Source of the DNA: Trichinella spiralis
Lineage: Eukaryota
DNA length: 64,000 nucleotides
Direction of reading: 5' to 3'
Assembly (NCBI RefSeq): GCF_000181795.1
Contig: NW_003526946.1
Coordinates: 299,668-363,667, forward strand
This document shows, piece by piece, positions 10,887-25,100 of the stretch; positions within the stretch are counted from its first letter, which is position 1; every line of letters begins with the position of its first letter. A model generated the notes under the pieces. It was given only the letters and a program-made list of their open reading frames with translations, was not told the origin of the DNA and did not search any database. The translations under genes were made by a program, and so were the position numbers.

Positions 10887-11612
10887 TTATTGGTCAGCTG
10901 ACTTCTGCTCTTCGCCATCATTGTCATTTTCCAGTTTCTGAATTTTCTCAAAAATTTTGTGTATTGCTTCAAAACGGCAAGGCTTTAACGCATCCACCTT
11001 GTCCGCTTCGTCGATGACATTGTCGTAAAAATATTGGCATTGTCCAGACCACGTTTTCATTTTCTCTATCAAAACAGGAATATCTTCACGTCGAAGATCT
11101 CTGGAAACTGCGTAAGATACACACAACGTTTTGTTACTTGAATCCATGCGTCCCATGATCAAATTTTTATAAAAAGCGGAAATAATCAGATTTTCAAGCT
11201 CTGTAAAACTTTGCAGTTCAAGTTTCTCTAGTAAAATATCGTATGAAATTGTATTAATTCCTGAAGTCAATGAAATCAGACTAAGCAGTCGAATTTTCTC
11301 AAGCATACAATCGGTAAACTTTGGTAGATGCTCTTTTTTCGCAACATAATCTGCATATGTACCAAAAGCAAATATTTCAAGAAGTGAATAATACTTGCTC
11401 AATTTAGCATCGTCTCGAATAATTTGTACGTTTGGCAAATCTAGCAATTCACCAAAATGAAACAGATCCGGTTCATTCACCACTTCCATTATGATTGCAG
11501 TCAATTCTTCTGCCGTTGCATCAGTAGCTCTTTTTAAATAATTTTTCAAAATAGAATTTGAAGATCGTTCAACTGAATCGTGTTTGCTGAAATTTGGATA
11601 TGCATTGCCCAT
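10887..11612 (-). CDS. COPS7: COP9 signalosome subunit 7 (PCI domain), intronless
   Basis: Motifs FHFGELLDLPNV, LLEIFAFGTYADY, KIRLLSLISL, ELENLII...LIMGRMD and SRDLR. Likely start is MGNAYP at 11612; the upstream hydrophobic extension in the ORF track looks like AT-rich UTR. Confidence 0.88.
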   Translation of the reverse strand: MGNAYPNFSKHDSVERSSNSILKNYLKRATDATAEELTAIIMEVVNEPDLFHFGELLDLPNVQIIRDDAKLSKYYSLLEIFAFGTYADYVAKKEHLPKFTDCMLEKIRLLSLISLTSGINTISYDILLEKLELQSFTELENLIISAFYKNLIMGRMDSSNKTLCVSYAVSRDLRREDIPVLIEKMKTWSGQCQYFYDNVIDEADKVDALKPCRFEAIHKIFEKIQKLENDNDGEEQKSADQ

Positions 11613-12615
11613 GATTGAAATCAATCTTAAAGAAGATAAATAAATCAATCGTACAACGAACAATAAAACGACAAATGCAGAATTAAAAAACAATGTTAAG
11701 AAAATACTAAATAGATACATAAATATACATCCGATTATTCATTGTCAGTGTTTATTTTTAAGTGTAAATTTTATAAACAAATAAAATTACATTCAAAAAT
11801 ATATAAGCCAAAATAACCACTGCTAAAAATAACTAACGCTCCAAGTACCAGTTTAAGAATGTTGTTCACCACTACAGTAATTGGGAAAATTTAGTAAGTT
11901 GAAAACATAAGTTCGAACTGTCCAGTAAATTTGGGCAGTTCTTTTTAGTAAGATGAAAAACTTTTGAATCATAGAAAGTGAATATTCATTAAGTATAGTA
12001 ATATATGATTTACATAATTTCATAAAATTATTATTTTACAAATTTTGCTTACACGCAATACTTCTGATGTTTCTTAATCTTAGTTTAATTGCCTTTCTAA
12101 TGTCAATTAATTTTTCTAAAATCAGATTTTTAAATTATATACCAATACAATTGCAAATCATGCAACATTAATTTGCATTTATGGATTGCATTATGATTGA
12201 TTGATTGAATTGATTTTTATTATGTCAAAAATTATCAGTATAATTTTTTTAAAGTTTAATGTGCATCTTTTATTTATTATGTTTTCTAGATTCAAAAAAT
12301 TATGATAACTTTTGTAATTTTGCAAATGTAATAAATATTTGAATAAGTTTGGTTACTTTTAAATAAAAACTAATAATTTTTATTTTTAATTCAAAATTTT
12401 GCTCAATTTATTCTTTTTGTGCATTTCTTTTTTGATTCTCTACTTTTCAATCTGTGTCAAAATTAATGTTTGAGAATCATATTACTGTAATGCCTGGCGC
12501 CTTTTCACTAGTCATTATTGCTTTCTTTGCTCGTTGTTGCAACGTTGTCTTTTGACATTTGAAAATTTTACCAACTGCTTGTTATACTATTTTATAACTT
12601 TTATCACAACCAAGC

Positions 12616-15600
12616 ATGTACGTCGTTAAAAGAGGTACTGAATCGATTTTTTATTATAAATATTCTATAAAGGATTATGAAATTGAAATTTGAAATAATT
12701 ATTTTTATTTAAGATGGTCGTAGAGAAGCTGTGCATTTTGATAAAATTACTTCCCGAATAAAAAAGCTTTGTTATGGCTTAAATATGGAACATATTGAAC
12801 CAGTAAGTATATGCTTTTTGGTTATTCAACATGTGATGCATCAGTTTTATTTCACAGGAGTCTCAGTTTTGTAATAAAATAAATAATATTACAAAATTGA
12901 ATTTTAATATAAATAAAATGAAAGTAATATTGACGATTAAAAGTGTTTTGATGATTACTGTTGTGCAGTTTCTGTTTGTTTTTTATTTCCTTGAAATGTC
13001 ATTGTACATTTCATATTTGAAAACAAAGTAGTGAAATTGATTTCAAGGTCAGGGAAAGTGAGGAGTAACATTTGTTAGCCATCAAGTGAACCAGTGGTCG
13101 AAATGTTTCGAACAGCTGTTTGCAATTTAAATTGATGAATATGTTTCAGATATTAATTTCTCAAAAAGTCATTGCCGGCCTGTATCAAGGTGTCACAACT
13201 GTCGAATTGGACAATTTGGCCGCTGAAATTTCCGCCACAATGACTACAAAACATCCGGACTATGCGACATTGGCCGCACGCATAGCCGTCAGCAATTTGC
13301 ACAAAGAAACGAAAAAAGTTTTCAGCGATGTGATTGATGATTTATACCAGTGGATCAATCCCAACACGAACAAACATTCGCCGATGATTTCTCCCAAAGT
13401 ACACCAAATAATACAGGCCAATTCTCAGGTACAATGGAATAAATTTTACAAGTGTAGTTTCGTCATTTCTATATATAGTTTTGTATGTGCTTATTTTTAG
13501 CGTCTAAATTCTACAATTGTATACGATCGAGATTTCAGTTATTCATATTTCGGTTTCAAAACATTGGAAAAATCTTATTTGTTGAAAATCAACGGAAAAG
13601 GTATTTGTATGCAAAAAACAAAATTATCATTTCAAGTAGTAAAATGTTTTCTTTTTTGAATAACTTTTCAGTCGCAGAGCGTCCTCAACATTTGCTAATG
13701 CGTGTTGCAATTGGCATTCACGAAGATGACATCGACGCAGCGATAGAAGTAATGCAGCTATATTGATTTACGTTCAATTATACGAATTGTGCATTGATTT
13801 TCTAATAGAACTTGTACAACTTGTAGACTTATAATTTGATGTCAGAAAAATGGTTCACACACGCTTCGCCTACGCTGTTCAATGCTGGTACATGCAGGCC
13901 GCAGTTGAGCAGTTGTTTTCTGATCACAATGAAATCAGACAGCATCGAAGGCATATACGACACATTGAAAGAATGTGCGATTATATCGAAAAGTGCCGGT
14001 GGCATAGGTTTGAATGTCCATTGCATTCGAGCCTCAGGCACATACATTGCTGGGGTATTGCTTTCTTCTTTCTTATCAATATACTGATTGTAAACAATTT
14101 TATTTTTAAGACAAACGGATATTCCAACGGATTGTTGCCGATGTTACGTGTTTTCAACAACACCGCTCGTTATGTGGACCAGGGTGGAAATAAGGTAAAA
14201 TTAGAAAAGAAAATGCATTTTTCAATTTATTCATATATTGCTTGGTGGTTGATTGCAGAGACCTGGGGCGTTTGCGGTCTATTTGGAACCTTGGCACGCA
14301 GACATATTTGATTTTCTTGACGCGAAAAAGAACACAGGCGTCGAAGAAAACCGAGCGCGAGATTTGTTTTACGCCCTCTGGATACCTGATCTATTCATGA
14401 AGCGCATTGAAGCCGACGGAGATTGGTCACTGATGTGCCCTCACGAATGTCCTGGATTGGCGGATTTGTGGGGCGATGAGTTTGAAAAATTATACGAAAA
14501 GTAATTTGCACTGAAAATTTCAATTGCAATGTATTGCAGTATATGATGAATTCAGGTACGAAGCACAAGGCAAGCATAAGAGACGCATAAAAGCGCAACA
14601 ATTGTGGTACGCAATTATTGAGTCTCAAATTGAAACCGGCACGCCGTTTATGGTCTACAAAGATGCGTGCAATAGAAAATCGAATCAGCAAAATCTGGGT
14701 ACTATAAAATGTTCAAACCTGTGCACAGAAATTGTTCAATATTCCTCACCCGATGAGGTCTGTACACCACTCATCTATCACTACCAGCTAGCGGACAGTA
14801 ATAATTATAATTTGTTAAATTTTATTTACAGACGTCTGTCTGCAATTTGGCTTCAATTGCTCTCAACAAATTTGTCAACGTTGCCAAGCGAGAGTTTGAT
14901 TTTGCAAAGTTAGCAGAAGTGACCAAAGTTGTAACTGTAAATCTGAATAAAATAATCGATCGAAATTATTATCCAGTAGCAGTGGTATAAATGCTAAGGA
15001 TAGTTTGTTTCTTGTTGATAGAACTGGATCCTTTTCAGGCAGAAAAGTCTAACAAACGTCATCGACCAATTGGTATTGGTGTGCAAGGATTGGCGGATGC
15101 TTTCATTTTGATGCGATATCCGTTTGAATCCGAAGAAGCTAGATTGTTGAATAAGAAAATTTTTGAAACCATCTATTATGCTGCGTTAGAAAGCAGTTGC
15201 GATTTGGCAAAACAGTTTGGTCCATACGAGACTTATCAAGGCTCACCAGCTAGTAAGGGTATTCTTCAATATGACATGTGGAATGTTCAGCCTACGGATT
15301 TGTGGGATTGGGAATCGTTGAAATGTCGCATTGAAAAGTAAGTTGTTGGTCAGTTTTGAATTGAATATTTGAAATTGAATGAAAATTTTTTTAATTTCTA
15401 TTTTTAAAGGTATGGTCTGAGAAATTCGTTGTTGTTGGCTCCAATGCCGACTGCATCGACAGCGCAAATTTTGGGCAACAATGAATCAGTAGAAGCGTAC
15501 ACGTCGAATGTCTATACTCGTCGTGTGCTATCGGGAGAATTTCAAGTAACAAAGTTTATTTCCATATTTTGATGTCTGTGTTCAATAAGTTGCGTGAATG

Positions 15601-16151
15601 TAATATTTTTTAAGATTGTCAATCATCATTTGATGAAAGATTTGGTCGAATTGGGTCTTTGGGATGAATCGCTTAAAAATGAAATCATCGCCAACAAAGG
15701 TTCCATTCAGTCGATCGAATCAATACCGGCTGAGATACGTGAATTGTACAAGACGGTTTGGGAAATTTCCCAAAAATGCGTCATAGACATGGCCGCCGAA
15801 AGGGGAGCATTCATTGACCAATCCCAGTCGTTGAATATTCACATAGCCGAGCCGAATTATGCTAAATTGACATCAATGCATTTCTACGGCTGGAAGAAGG
15901 GTCTGAAAACTGGGATGTACTATTTGAGAACCAAGCCGGCAGTGACGGCTATTCAATTCACCGTGGACAAACTGGCGTTGAAGCAGAAGAAAACAAAAGA
16001 GGAAGAAGAAGGACAACGCCCCAATGGTGGATATGTTGATAAAAGTAGAAAATTTCCCACATCCGGTGACAATTGGTCCAACAATGTCAACGCACTTTTG
16101 CAGCAGTGTCGTTTGGAAAACGGCAACGAATGCATGCTTTGCAGCTCTTGA
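12616..16151 (+). CDS. RRM1: Ribonucleoside-diphosphate reductase large subunit (class Ia), 13 exons
   Basis: ATP-cone start [22 protein letters not shown], then [13 protein letters not shown], catalytic [27 protein letters not shown] and C-terminal CMLCSS. All 12 introns are GT-AG and phase-compatible. Exons start near 12616, 12714, 13151, 13501, 13672, 13827, 14111, 14259, 14556, 14832, 15039, 15410 and 15615. Confidence 0.98.
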
Positions 16152-19100
16152 ATATGTAATCTGTTTTATCAACCCAACGACGACATTTTTGTAAAATGCA
16201 CATTAAAAAAATAACATTTTAGGTGAAAAAAATTTTTTTGTTGTTAAATTCCACTTTGTACGAAAATATATATATCTCGAATCCGCCCCGTTTTTTTTCT
16301 TTTTTAAATAATAAGGAAACAGATAATTTTTTTATTGTTTGAAAACGAGCAATTGTTGTTAGCTGTTTTATTTGCTTGGCAATTTTTTTTGTCAGATCCG
16401 AAATACATTTTAATATTTCCACACGTACGCAAATTATCAGCTGTTCAATTCAAGTAAGTGTATTGCTATTGAAATGATATTTTTGAATTTAAAAATTTAT
16501 TTACTTAAATGACACAGTAAAATTATCAGAATTGAGAATATTTTTGCGGTGAAATGGTTGAATGAAGAAAATTTTTCAAATTAACATCAGCAGTTTTTTT
16601 TACTGCTATTATTCCATATACACTACTTTATTAATGCACAGTGTAATGTAAAGCAATTGATGCTTTTACTGCATGCTTAGATGAAATTTAATTAACAATA
16701 TAACAAAGCTGAACATTGCATTCATGGCTGTTTTTTTCTTTTGATCACTCGATTCAATACTTTTCAAAGTCGATGCCATCCAACTTCAATGTTTTTGTTT
16801 TTTTAAAGCATTTTTTAAAAAATGCATGCTTGTATAAAGGGGCGTTGATACGTCTAATTTATAGGGGGGGGACGGATATAGTTTCCAGAAGATTTATTTG
16901 GTATCCAGGGAATGGACATAGTGAGAGTTGCATAAAAGGTTTCCTAATGTGAGGGGGGGGGTGGTGCGGCCGCCCAAGTCGGACAGCTGCTTACATGAAA
17001 AGCAGTACACATACGTAGCATAAGTAATCGTATTTATTTTGTGATGTCTACAAAAATATTTCCAAAGTTGTTTGCCGTGCAATATTTTTTTCAAAATAAT
17101 TTACAAAAATAATACAAAGTGCAAAACAGATCCACCCAGTAATTGAATTGCATAATTTTCCAGTTTGATTATTTCAAAGTTAACGGAGTGATATGTCATT
17201 TATTTTTAATTACACAAGCATGCGTTTTACTTTTTATTTATAAATTTAAATTATAATGCATCATCATCATCAGTAAAGAGAACAATGAACACAACGAATA
17301 CGGTTCATCATGATGAAAATTATTGTATTTTAACTTGAGCAACAGCAGCATTGGAAAAAATGCTTCATATGCAATAATTTATTAGTATTAAGTGATTGAT
17401 GAATTTATAAAAGAAAATTGCACAATGCAACGCTTTGAACGAACAACAACTGTTGTTGTGGTTATTGAATGAAAAAATATGCAAAATTAATAATAAATTA
17501 AATACTTTGAAATTTAAAAGTAAATTTATATCAAAATTGACATACAATATTCATTTGATTTTGATGATTTGATTTGTGGATAAAGTTTTCAACTCGACTA
17601 GAGAAACGTTAGCATTGCAAAAGCAAGGCCGACGACATCTTCAAACAAGCCGACTTTGAAGCAATAACTGATTAATGATTTGTGCTATGAAAGAATCTTT
17701 CTTGTCGTCTTGCTTGATAGGCAAACATTGCCACCACCAGCTCTGTGTTTCTTCCCATTTTACATGACGATAAAGCATTGTAACGGTGAATATCTTTTTG
17801 TTTGCATAATCGCTTTCATGCTTCAATTTTATGCTTAAGGAAAATAAGAAAAAGACGACGCCGACAAAGTAAATTTTTTGCTTCCGTCTTAGCATTTCTA
17901 TTCTCCAAGCCGACGCTCTTATTTACATCTTACACAACTGTCGCCGACAGTACTTCCAATGATGCGCTTACGTGAACGACAAGCCAAATTTTACAATATC
18001 AAAAATAATAATCTTCTTCTATAATTTTGCATATTCATCATCTCTCACGTACGGATGATCATGCTGCTTTTCAACTTTGCATTTTCTTTTTTCTTGTCAC
18101 ATTTATTATTGCCAAAATTTTCAAATTCAAAAATCCGCCTTCAATATTCACAAATAATCCATAGATGCATTGCATATTATGTAGATGCCGATTATTCTTC
18201 GATTAGCTCACTTGGCTGAAAATATCTATTTTAATCGTAAGTAGAAATCGTATTTCTTTTTCTTATCCGCATTTATTTAAATTTCAATCATTTTGAATTA
18301 TTGTTAATATTCAGTTTTAAGGAAAACTTTTTGCTTTTATAAAAAGAAAACAAATAAATAAATAAAATTTCTAATATATGGCTGTCGTAATTGTTTCTTT
18401 GAACAGCAATTATGGTAAAATAAAATGCGCAACAGCTGTTGTACATCATTACCATTGTTTCTTTTGATTTTATTACACCGATCACTTTAAACAAAAAAAT
18501 TATTTCATCCAAATATTTCAATATTTACTACTTGAGAAATTGCTGAAAATAATTTTCAACAAATGTATTCAATTGTTCCATAAATATGACTTACTTGCTT
18601 TACTTTCATTTTCATTTAAAATATACTACTATCGATTTCATTTTATTCTACAATGATGTAAAATTTTATTTCAAACAGTACATACAGTTTATAGATTGGT
18701 TTAGTGTAAACAATGTAAAAGATGTAAAAATTCAATTTAAAACACTTTCAACAAAGGAAACTTGAATAACAGATAATTGCTTTTGATCTTATACAAAAGT
18801 ACAGTCATAAATTTTAATAGGTTTTTTTTGTCTGAAATAAATTTTTTTCACAAATAAAAGCTAGTGCTGATGCAAATTTGACAGCATTAAGTTTGGAATT
18901 GTTTTGATTAAAAATTTGAAAGCCTAACTACATGTCTAAAAGATTTTTGTCTAAAATTTAATAACAAATGGAATATATGGAATTATGCTTAGTTAGACAA
19001 TGTGCATAATGTATGAATTAATGAGATTTTCTGATAAAATTAATTTTTAAACCAACTTAAAGCATATACGAAAAGGGATATGTCTACATATGTTATACAT

Positions 19101-22100
19101 CACTGCTTGTGATTGCAGTGCAGTGCACGTACTTTATATTATTTCTCAAATTTTTTATTAAAATGCTGCACTTCATAAAAATAAAGTCATGTTATGACTG
19201 AGTTAAAAATAAATAAATTTTTTAAATTAAAATGCACTAATATATATTATCTATATACATTAAATAGCAACTTTTTTCTGAAATCCATCATTTCTGGCAT
19301 TATTATAATGGAAATGTGATCACTTTTTATTTCAAAATTTAAATATTTAGTTGAAAATAAAGTATTCAACATTACATTATGTATATATAATTATTGTTGC
19401 ATTAGCTGTAAATTGATGATGCAATAAATAGCATTTTTGCAATTTTAAATCTTTAGAAAGGTTTTCAGAGTAAAAAAAAATTCCAATTTGTTGTAAAAGT
19501 TTTTTCTGATAAAATGAATAAAATAAATATTCTCTATTTTATCATTTTAAATATTGTTTAAATGTAAGCTGCAATGTTTTAGAGTGGAAATTTTTTCAAT
19601 AATACCAAAATTTGAAATAGAACTATATAGAAATATTATCAACTATAATCATAAGTATATTTATTTATTTTTAAATGTGAAAGATGGATGCATTTTAAAT
19701 TCTGATGCTCATTAAAAAGACACTTTTATTTAAAAATGAGCAAGGAAAATTTTCTTATTTGAAATAAATTCCAAGTGACGATTTTTACAGTATGAAAATT
19801 TTGTACTTTCAACAAATGGAAGATTTTACAATAAATTTTCCATTTAAGTGATAATATAAAATGGTCAGCGATTTTCTGCAGATTGTAAAAGCCCACATTA
19901 AAAGTTTTTCTAAAATAGGTTGGCAAAAACATTTCTAAAAGTGGTCTTGCTTTTTATGCTTTGTAAATGCTTGTTCATTTGATAATATGATTTTCCTGAC
20001 TTGGCTTGTTAAAGCTAGTTTAATGTTCTACATTTTAGCTTGGTGAATTTGCAACAAACAACTTTGTACAACCAGCTTACTTCTGCATGCTTTAGCCTCT
20101 TTGTCACGCAGAGCATGCAACGTTCACTAACGTAACGCTTTTCAAATTGCTCATTGCTTCATCGTTCAACCTTGATGCAAAAATAATTAGCAATGAATCT
20201 TACCCATTTGCTTCGGCATTGTCAGCTTGCGGAAGCTTTACAATAGAATCGCTTTACAATAGCTGTGCGCTCCAATTTGCTTGGCTGATGATGTTCAAGA
20301 CTGTTCTATTCTCAAATTACCGTAAGCTTAGTTGGCAGATCTTTTCACAGTATTTATGGATGGCTAGTTTTATTTTTAAAAGCCAGTTACTCAACCAAAA
20401 CTCAGACTGCAAGTTCTGCACGTAAAATATTCTAAAATTCATTGTTATTGCAAAGGTACAGTTCTACCTGCGCTTATGATCTATTATTAAATAAGCACGT
20501 GTCTAACCAGTGTCTCGTGTTCCTGTTAAATTATAATTTTGCTCATTCAGAAACAGCAGAAAAAACTCTGCTTTGAAATAATTAAAAATGAAAAGATTTT
20601 ACCATCGTTGTAAATGTTAGACTTTTTATTCAACGGAATAGATATAATTCATATTAATTTTTTATCTATTATAATTTATATGCTATTCCGTATTTGTTTT
20701 ATACATCAAAATAAATTTCTTAAAGTTTACAATTGAAATTTAGGGAATATTTAAATTTGAAAAAAAGAATTATTCACGTTTAAAGCTCTATTTGAACAAA
20801 CTACAAATTTTTACTGATTCCGAATGGAATATACAGACTGTTTTTAATTTTGTTTTGAAATGTTTCCATCTGAAATTGTTAATTTTAATAAATTTAATAA
20901 AAGAAAATTTTTTTTACTGAAGCACAGCTTTAAGTCTTTAATAGTGAGTGATTGAAATCTGATATGCACTGACTACTAAACCAGTGAAACTTGTGCAGTA
21001 CAGCTTATCATTGAAAATACGTTCTTTTAATGTGTAACTTTTTTATGTTAATTTCAAAAGTAAATAATAAAGCAAGTATTTCTTTGAAATTAATTAATAA
21101 TTTTTTTCTTGTGTAAGTGAAGCTATTTTATGAGTGAAGTGAATAACTGAAAATTATCAGACAATCAGTTTCAAGGAATGTATACCAAATTATGTTTGAC
21201 AAATTAAAATGCTTGTTTTTTGCCTTAATATTTTCATTGTTGTGATCAATAAATAATTGAAAATAACTTTAATTCCATAAATAATTTATTTATCAAAAAT
21301 TCATATTTGGATTATGAATTTTGATAATTAAAAGTGATTTACAATAATTAATACAAAATGTGAATAATCATTTTGTCATGCGCAACTGATTCAAATGTAA
21401 AGCAGGAATATGTAGATAAATTAAAGGTATCAAAATGTGCTTTTAAATAAAGATTAATTGCACTGGTCAAGTTTTCTGGTGGTCAAATTATCTCATGCGT
21501 ATCAGTGAATGTTAAATTTGAAAATTATACTGCTGTTAATTTTCAAATTGCCATGTAGCAGTGAAGTTTTAAATTGAATTTTTTTTAAACAAATATTCCA
21601 ATAAAATTTTTGCATCATTTAACATGAGATTAAGTTATAAAAAGGATTAGACGATAAAGTTGTAACGTTATGCAATCTTTATTTTGTTTGAAGAAAAATT
21701 AAAATTTAATCAATTGATCATTAAATTTGAAAAATTTTCCCTTACAATTTTGAAGTTGAATTTCAAATAAAAAGGAAAAGCAGCTTCAATTGAAAATTTT
21801 TACATAATTGATTTTTGCGGAAAAATCTTTCTGTCAGTCTTCAATTGTTTGCCAGAAAAAATTACATTTCCCGTTTTATTAAATGCGGAAAAATAAATAT
21901 AAATACAACAGAAAAAAAACATTGGAAACAACAAGGAAGATGACACTGGTATTTGTAATGTAAAGATTGGCTATCAGATAAAATTGTTCAAAATAAGAGT
22001 TGCTTCAAAATTTTGCACTTGGGATGTTTTATTCGAGTAGGTTGTGTGTGATATTATTATTATTATTATTATCTTTGCATGTTGTAAAATTTCAAGTAAA

Positions 22101-25100
22101 AGCCTATGGTAGAGGTCGTAATTTTGGATGATGAACGGAAAAACGCCGTCGCGCTCCACTTGATGCACATAATCATCGTGACGGTAGTTATTAAATGCCG
22201 CCATGAGGTTGATCCTTAATTCAGTGCAGTGTGGTCGGGCAATTTTCTCCGAAACTCACCGCATCACGCATAAGCATAAGTATGCGCACAATAGAAGCAG
22301 ACGACCTGAGCAGGCCGGATTCGGAAGTTCATTTCAGGTTAAAGGCGCACTTCCGACGATTTAAGCAACAAGCTGTCACCAGCAAAATACAACAAACAGC
22401 AATGCAAGCAGGGCAGCGTTGGACTGTCCGGCTTCTCCTCATCTGTCAGCTTAACGTCAATTGTTTGTCACTTCCGTCAACATCTACATGCACATTTCTC
22501 TTACAAAGCAGTGAACGATTCGTCTGACCTCATTGCTTGAAATCATCATCTGACAAAAGCAACTGTCAACGTCGTTTAAAAATTATTCGCTAAACTTATG
22601 CAATTGTAAAAAGCTGTCTGTACATGAAAAAAATGAATTGTGGCTAACAACAGCTACAACAAAACAACAATAATAATCATAATCATAAAAGCATAGGAAA
22701 TTTATTTTTTCAATCCACTGAAACTAAACAACTGGAATGTCATCTTTTGCATTGTATTGTTATTTTTGTTCACTAGCCTGCCAACAGTGATCAAAAGAAT
22801 ACAACAATCCTTTTTATAGTGGTATCGTTTTCTACATGGAGGACTTTGTTTTTGCTGTTTACATCACAGGATGTTTACACATACTGCCAAATTGCTTATT
22901 ATTGTTTATTGCAAATGAAAGCGATGCTTTGAAAGTTAACGGAAAAAATGCTTCCACAGCGCATTGGGAAGGAAAATTGTATCGCTTTTCAATTTCTGCA
23001 TCTGCGTTTTCAAAAGCGATAACTTGTGAGATTTTGGCTTTGTTTTTTTTCAAATTGCATGCAAACTTTCATTTTCTTCAAATTCTGCAGAAATTGCGGA
23101 AAATTGCACTGCAACAACACCAACAGCAACAACATGCTCGCCCACGACGCTGATAACAAACTCTTGGGAGGGGGGTTTTTTTCTCCATTTCTTTTTCCCT
23201 ATTTCAAATATTCAAACATTCTCTTTTCTACCACATCTGTAGCAATTTTGAATTTTACAACAAATTATTGCTGAATACTTCATTGTAATTTCAAATTTTA
23301 CATATTTTGAAAAATTAAAACCAACACACATTTGGTGCAAGTTCATTTTAAATTAAATGAACAGCTAACAAAATTCTTTCGATATTTGCTCCAAATTGAG
23401 CATGACATTGCACATTGCTATGAAGTTGTTCTTCTTTTTTCAGTTTATTAATATTTTAATTTGACTAGCATGGAATAATATTAACATTAGGTATATATTC
23501 TTAGAAAATTTCTACTATAAGCACATACTTTAAACAAATATCAAAATAAAAATATCACAACTGAAAATTTCAACAATTATTCAATTCATTAAAGTCATTT
23601 TCTTCTTATTTTTCAAACTTGCATAATTTCCTTTTTAAACTGTCATATAATTTATAAGTTCACATATGAAATTTTATCTCATTTTATTTTTTAATTAAAA
23701 ATACTTTCTTAGCATTTGTGTAAAACAACCAACGTAGGTGGTCTGCAATTTTATGAAGATAAAGCTGTAACACGTTGGCCATTCTTTTCTTATTTCTGAT
23801 TTTCAACTTGATCAGCTTTGAGACTACTACTGAGCTCAGTATACACACCAGCTAGGCAGCCGTTATTTGTTTTTTCAAAAAATTCACAGACTGATCGCCA
23901 ACAGCATGTTTCAGACTAAGTTTACTGAAATGTAAGCAAGTCGTTTGCAGAAAATAATCAAAACAACTTGTCTGTGGAAAAGAAAGAAATTTAATCAGTT
24001 ATTTTTTATACATACCAGATAAATGTTGATTTCAAAACGGTTAATATTTAATAATTTTTATCATTAAATATTAAAGGATTTGCAATTTTGTAGCAAAAAG
24101 AGTAATATAACAATTTAAATTCAGAAATAGAAATTAAAGTAACAACTGCACAATTGTTTGTTAGTTTCGCTAGTTTAACTGATGCTTTCATTAATACTTT
24201 AAAGTCTCATAAAATGTCCATAATTTATATGCCATAATCTGTGATGCTTTTAATATCAATTTAATGTTAATAAAGTGTGATATAATTTTATAAAAATGAA
24301 AATATTTTATTGAACGCTTCTTAAAAATTCAACTGCTTTTTATGAAATGAAAATTAACCATAATTAAATAAGTAAATTCAAATTGCTGAATTAAGTGTAT
24401 TATCAAAATTTTTATTAACTGCTTTAATATGAAATTAGATAAAAACATTTGAATTTTTCTGAAATGACTAAAGCACTATACATACTATTTATAAGTCTTT
24501 TGAAGTGAAGCAAGCAAAATTTCCATAAGTAATATTGAAATTGCTTTTCAAAAAAAATTTATTAGAATCTAATCACTTATGACATCATTAATGTCACTTT
24601 TTAATAGTATTTTCAAATTGTCTTTTTAGATAAATTGAGCACAAATGTATTATGTCTACATATTATATATAAATATAGCTTATGTTTCATCAAGCTTGCA
24701 CCATGTTTACAAGATTTATATTTTGCTCTAACCAAATTAGCAAAACATTACCAATACCTTACATCTAGCTGCTGAATATTTTCAACAATATTTCCAAATT
24801 CAAAAAAATAATTTTTTATATTTATAAATGGTCTAAATTAAAAGATCATTGCTTTATGCAAAAACAAATATGAAACAAATAAATATTCAAAATAATTTCA
24901 AATAGCAAAATGAATTTATCTGTATGGTAAGTAAATTTTTTAGTAACCATTTTTTATAATTTAGAGGAGGAATTTAATCAACATCTAAACATACAAAATG
25001 CTTAATCATCAAATAAACTATGACTAACATCGGCAGTCACAAAATCAGGAAAGCAGTAGCATTTTTGTCGAAACAGATGAATCACATCATTATATTATAC

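Noticed and set aside
12490..12545. E2F-like (CTGGCGCC) and X-box-like (GTTGTTGCAAC) motifs in the RRM1/CSN7 divergent promoter
   Set aside because: Neither fits its consensus well enough.
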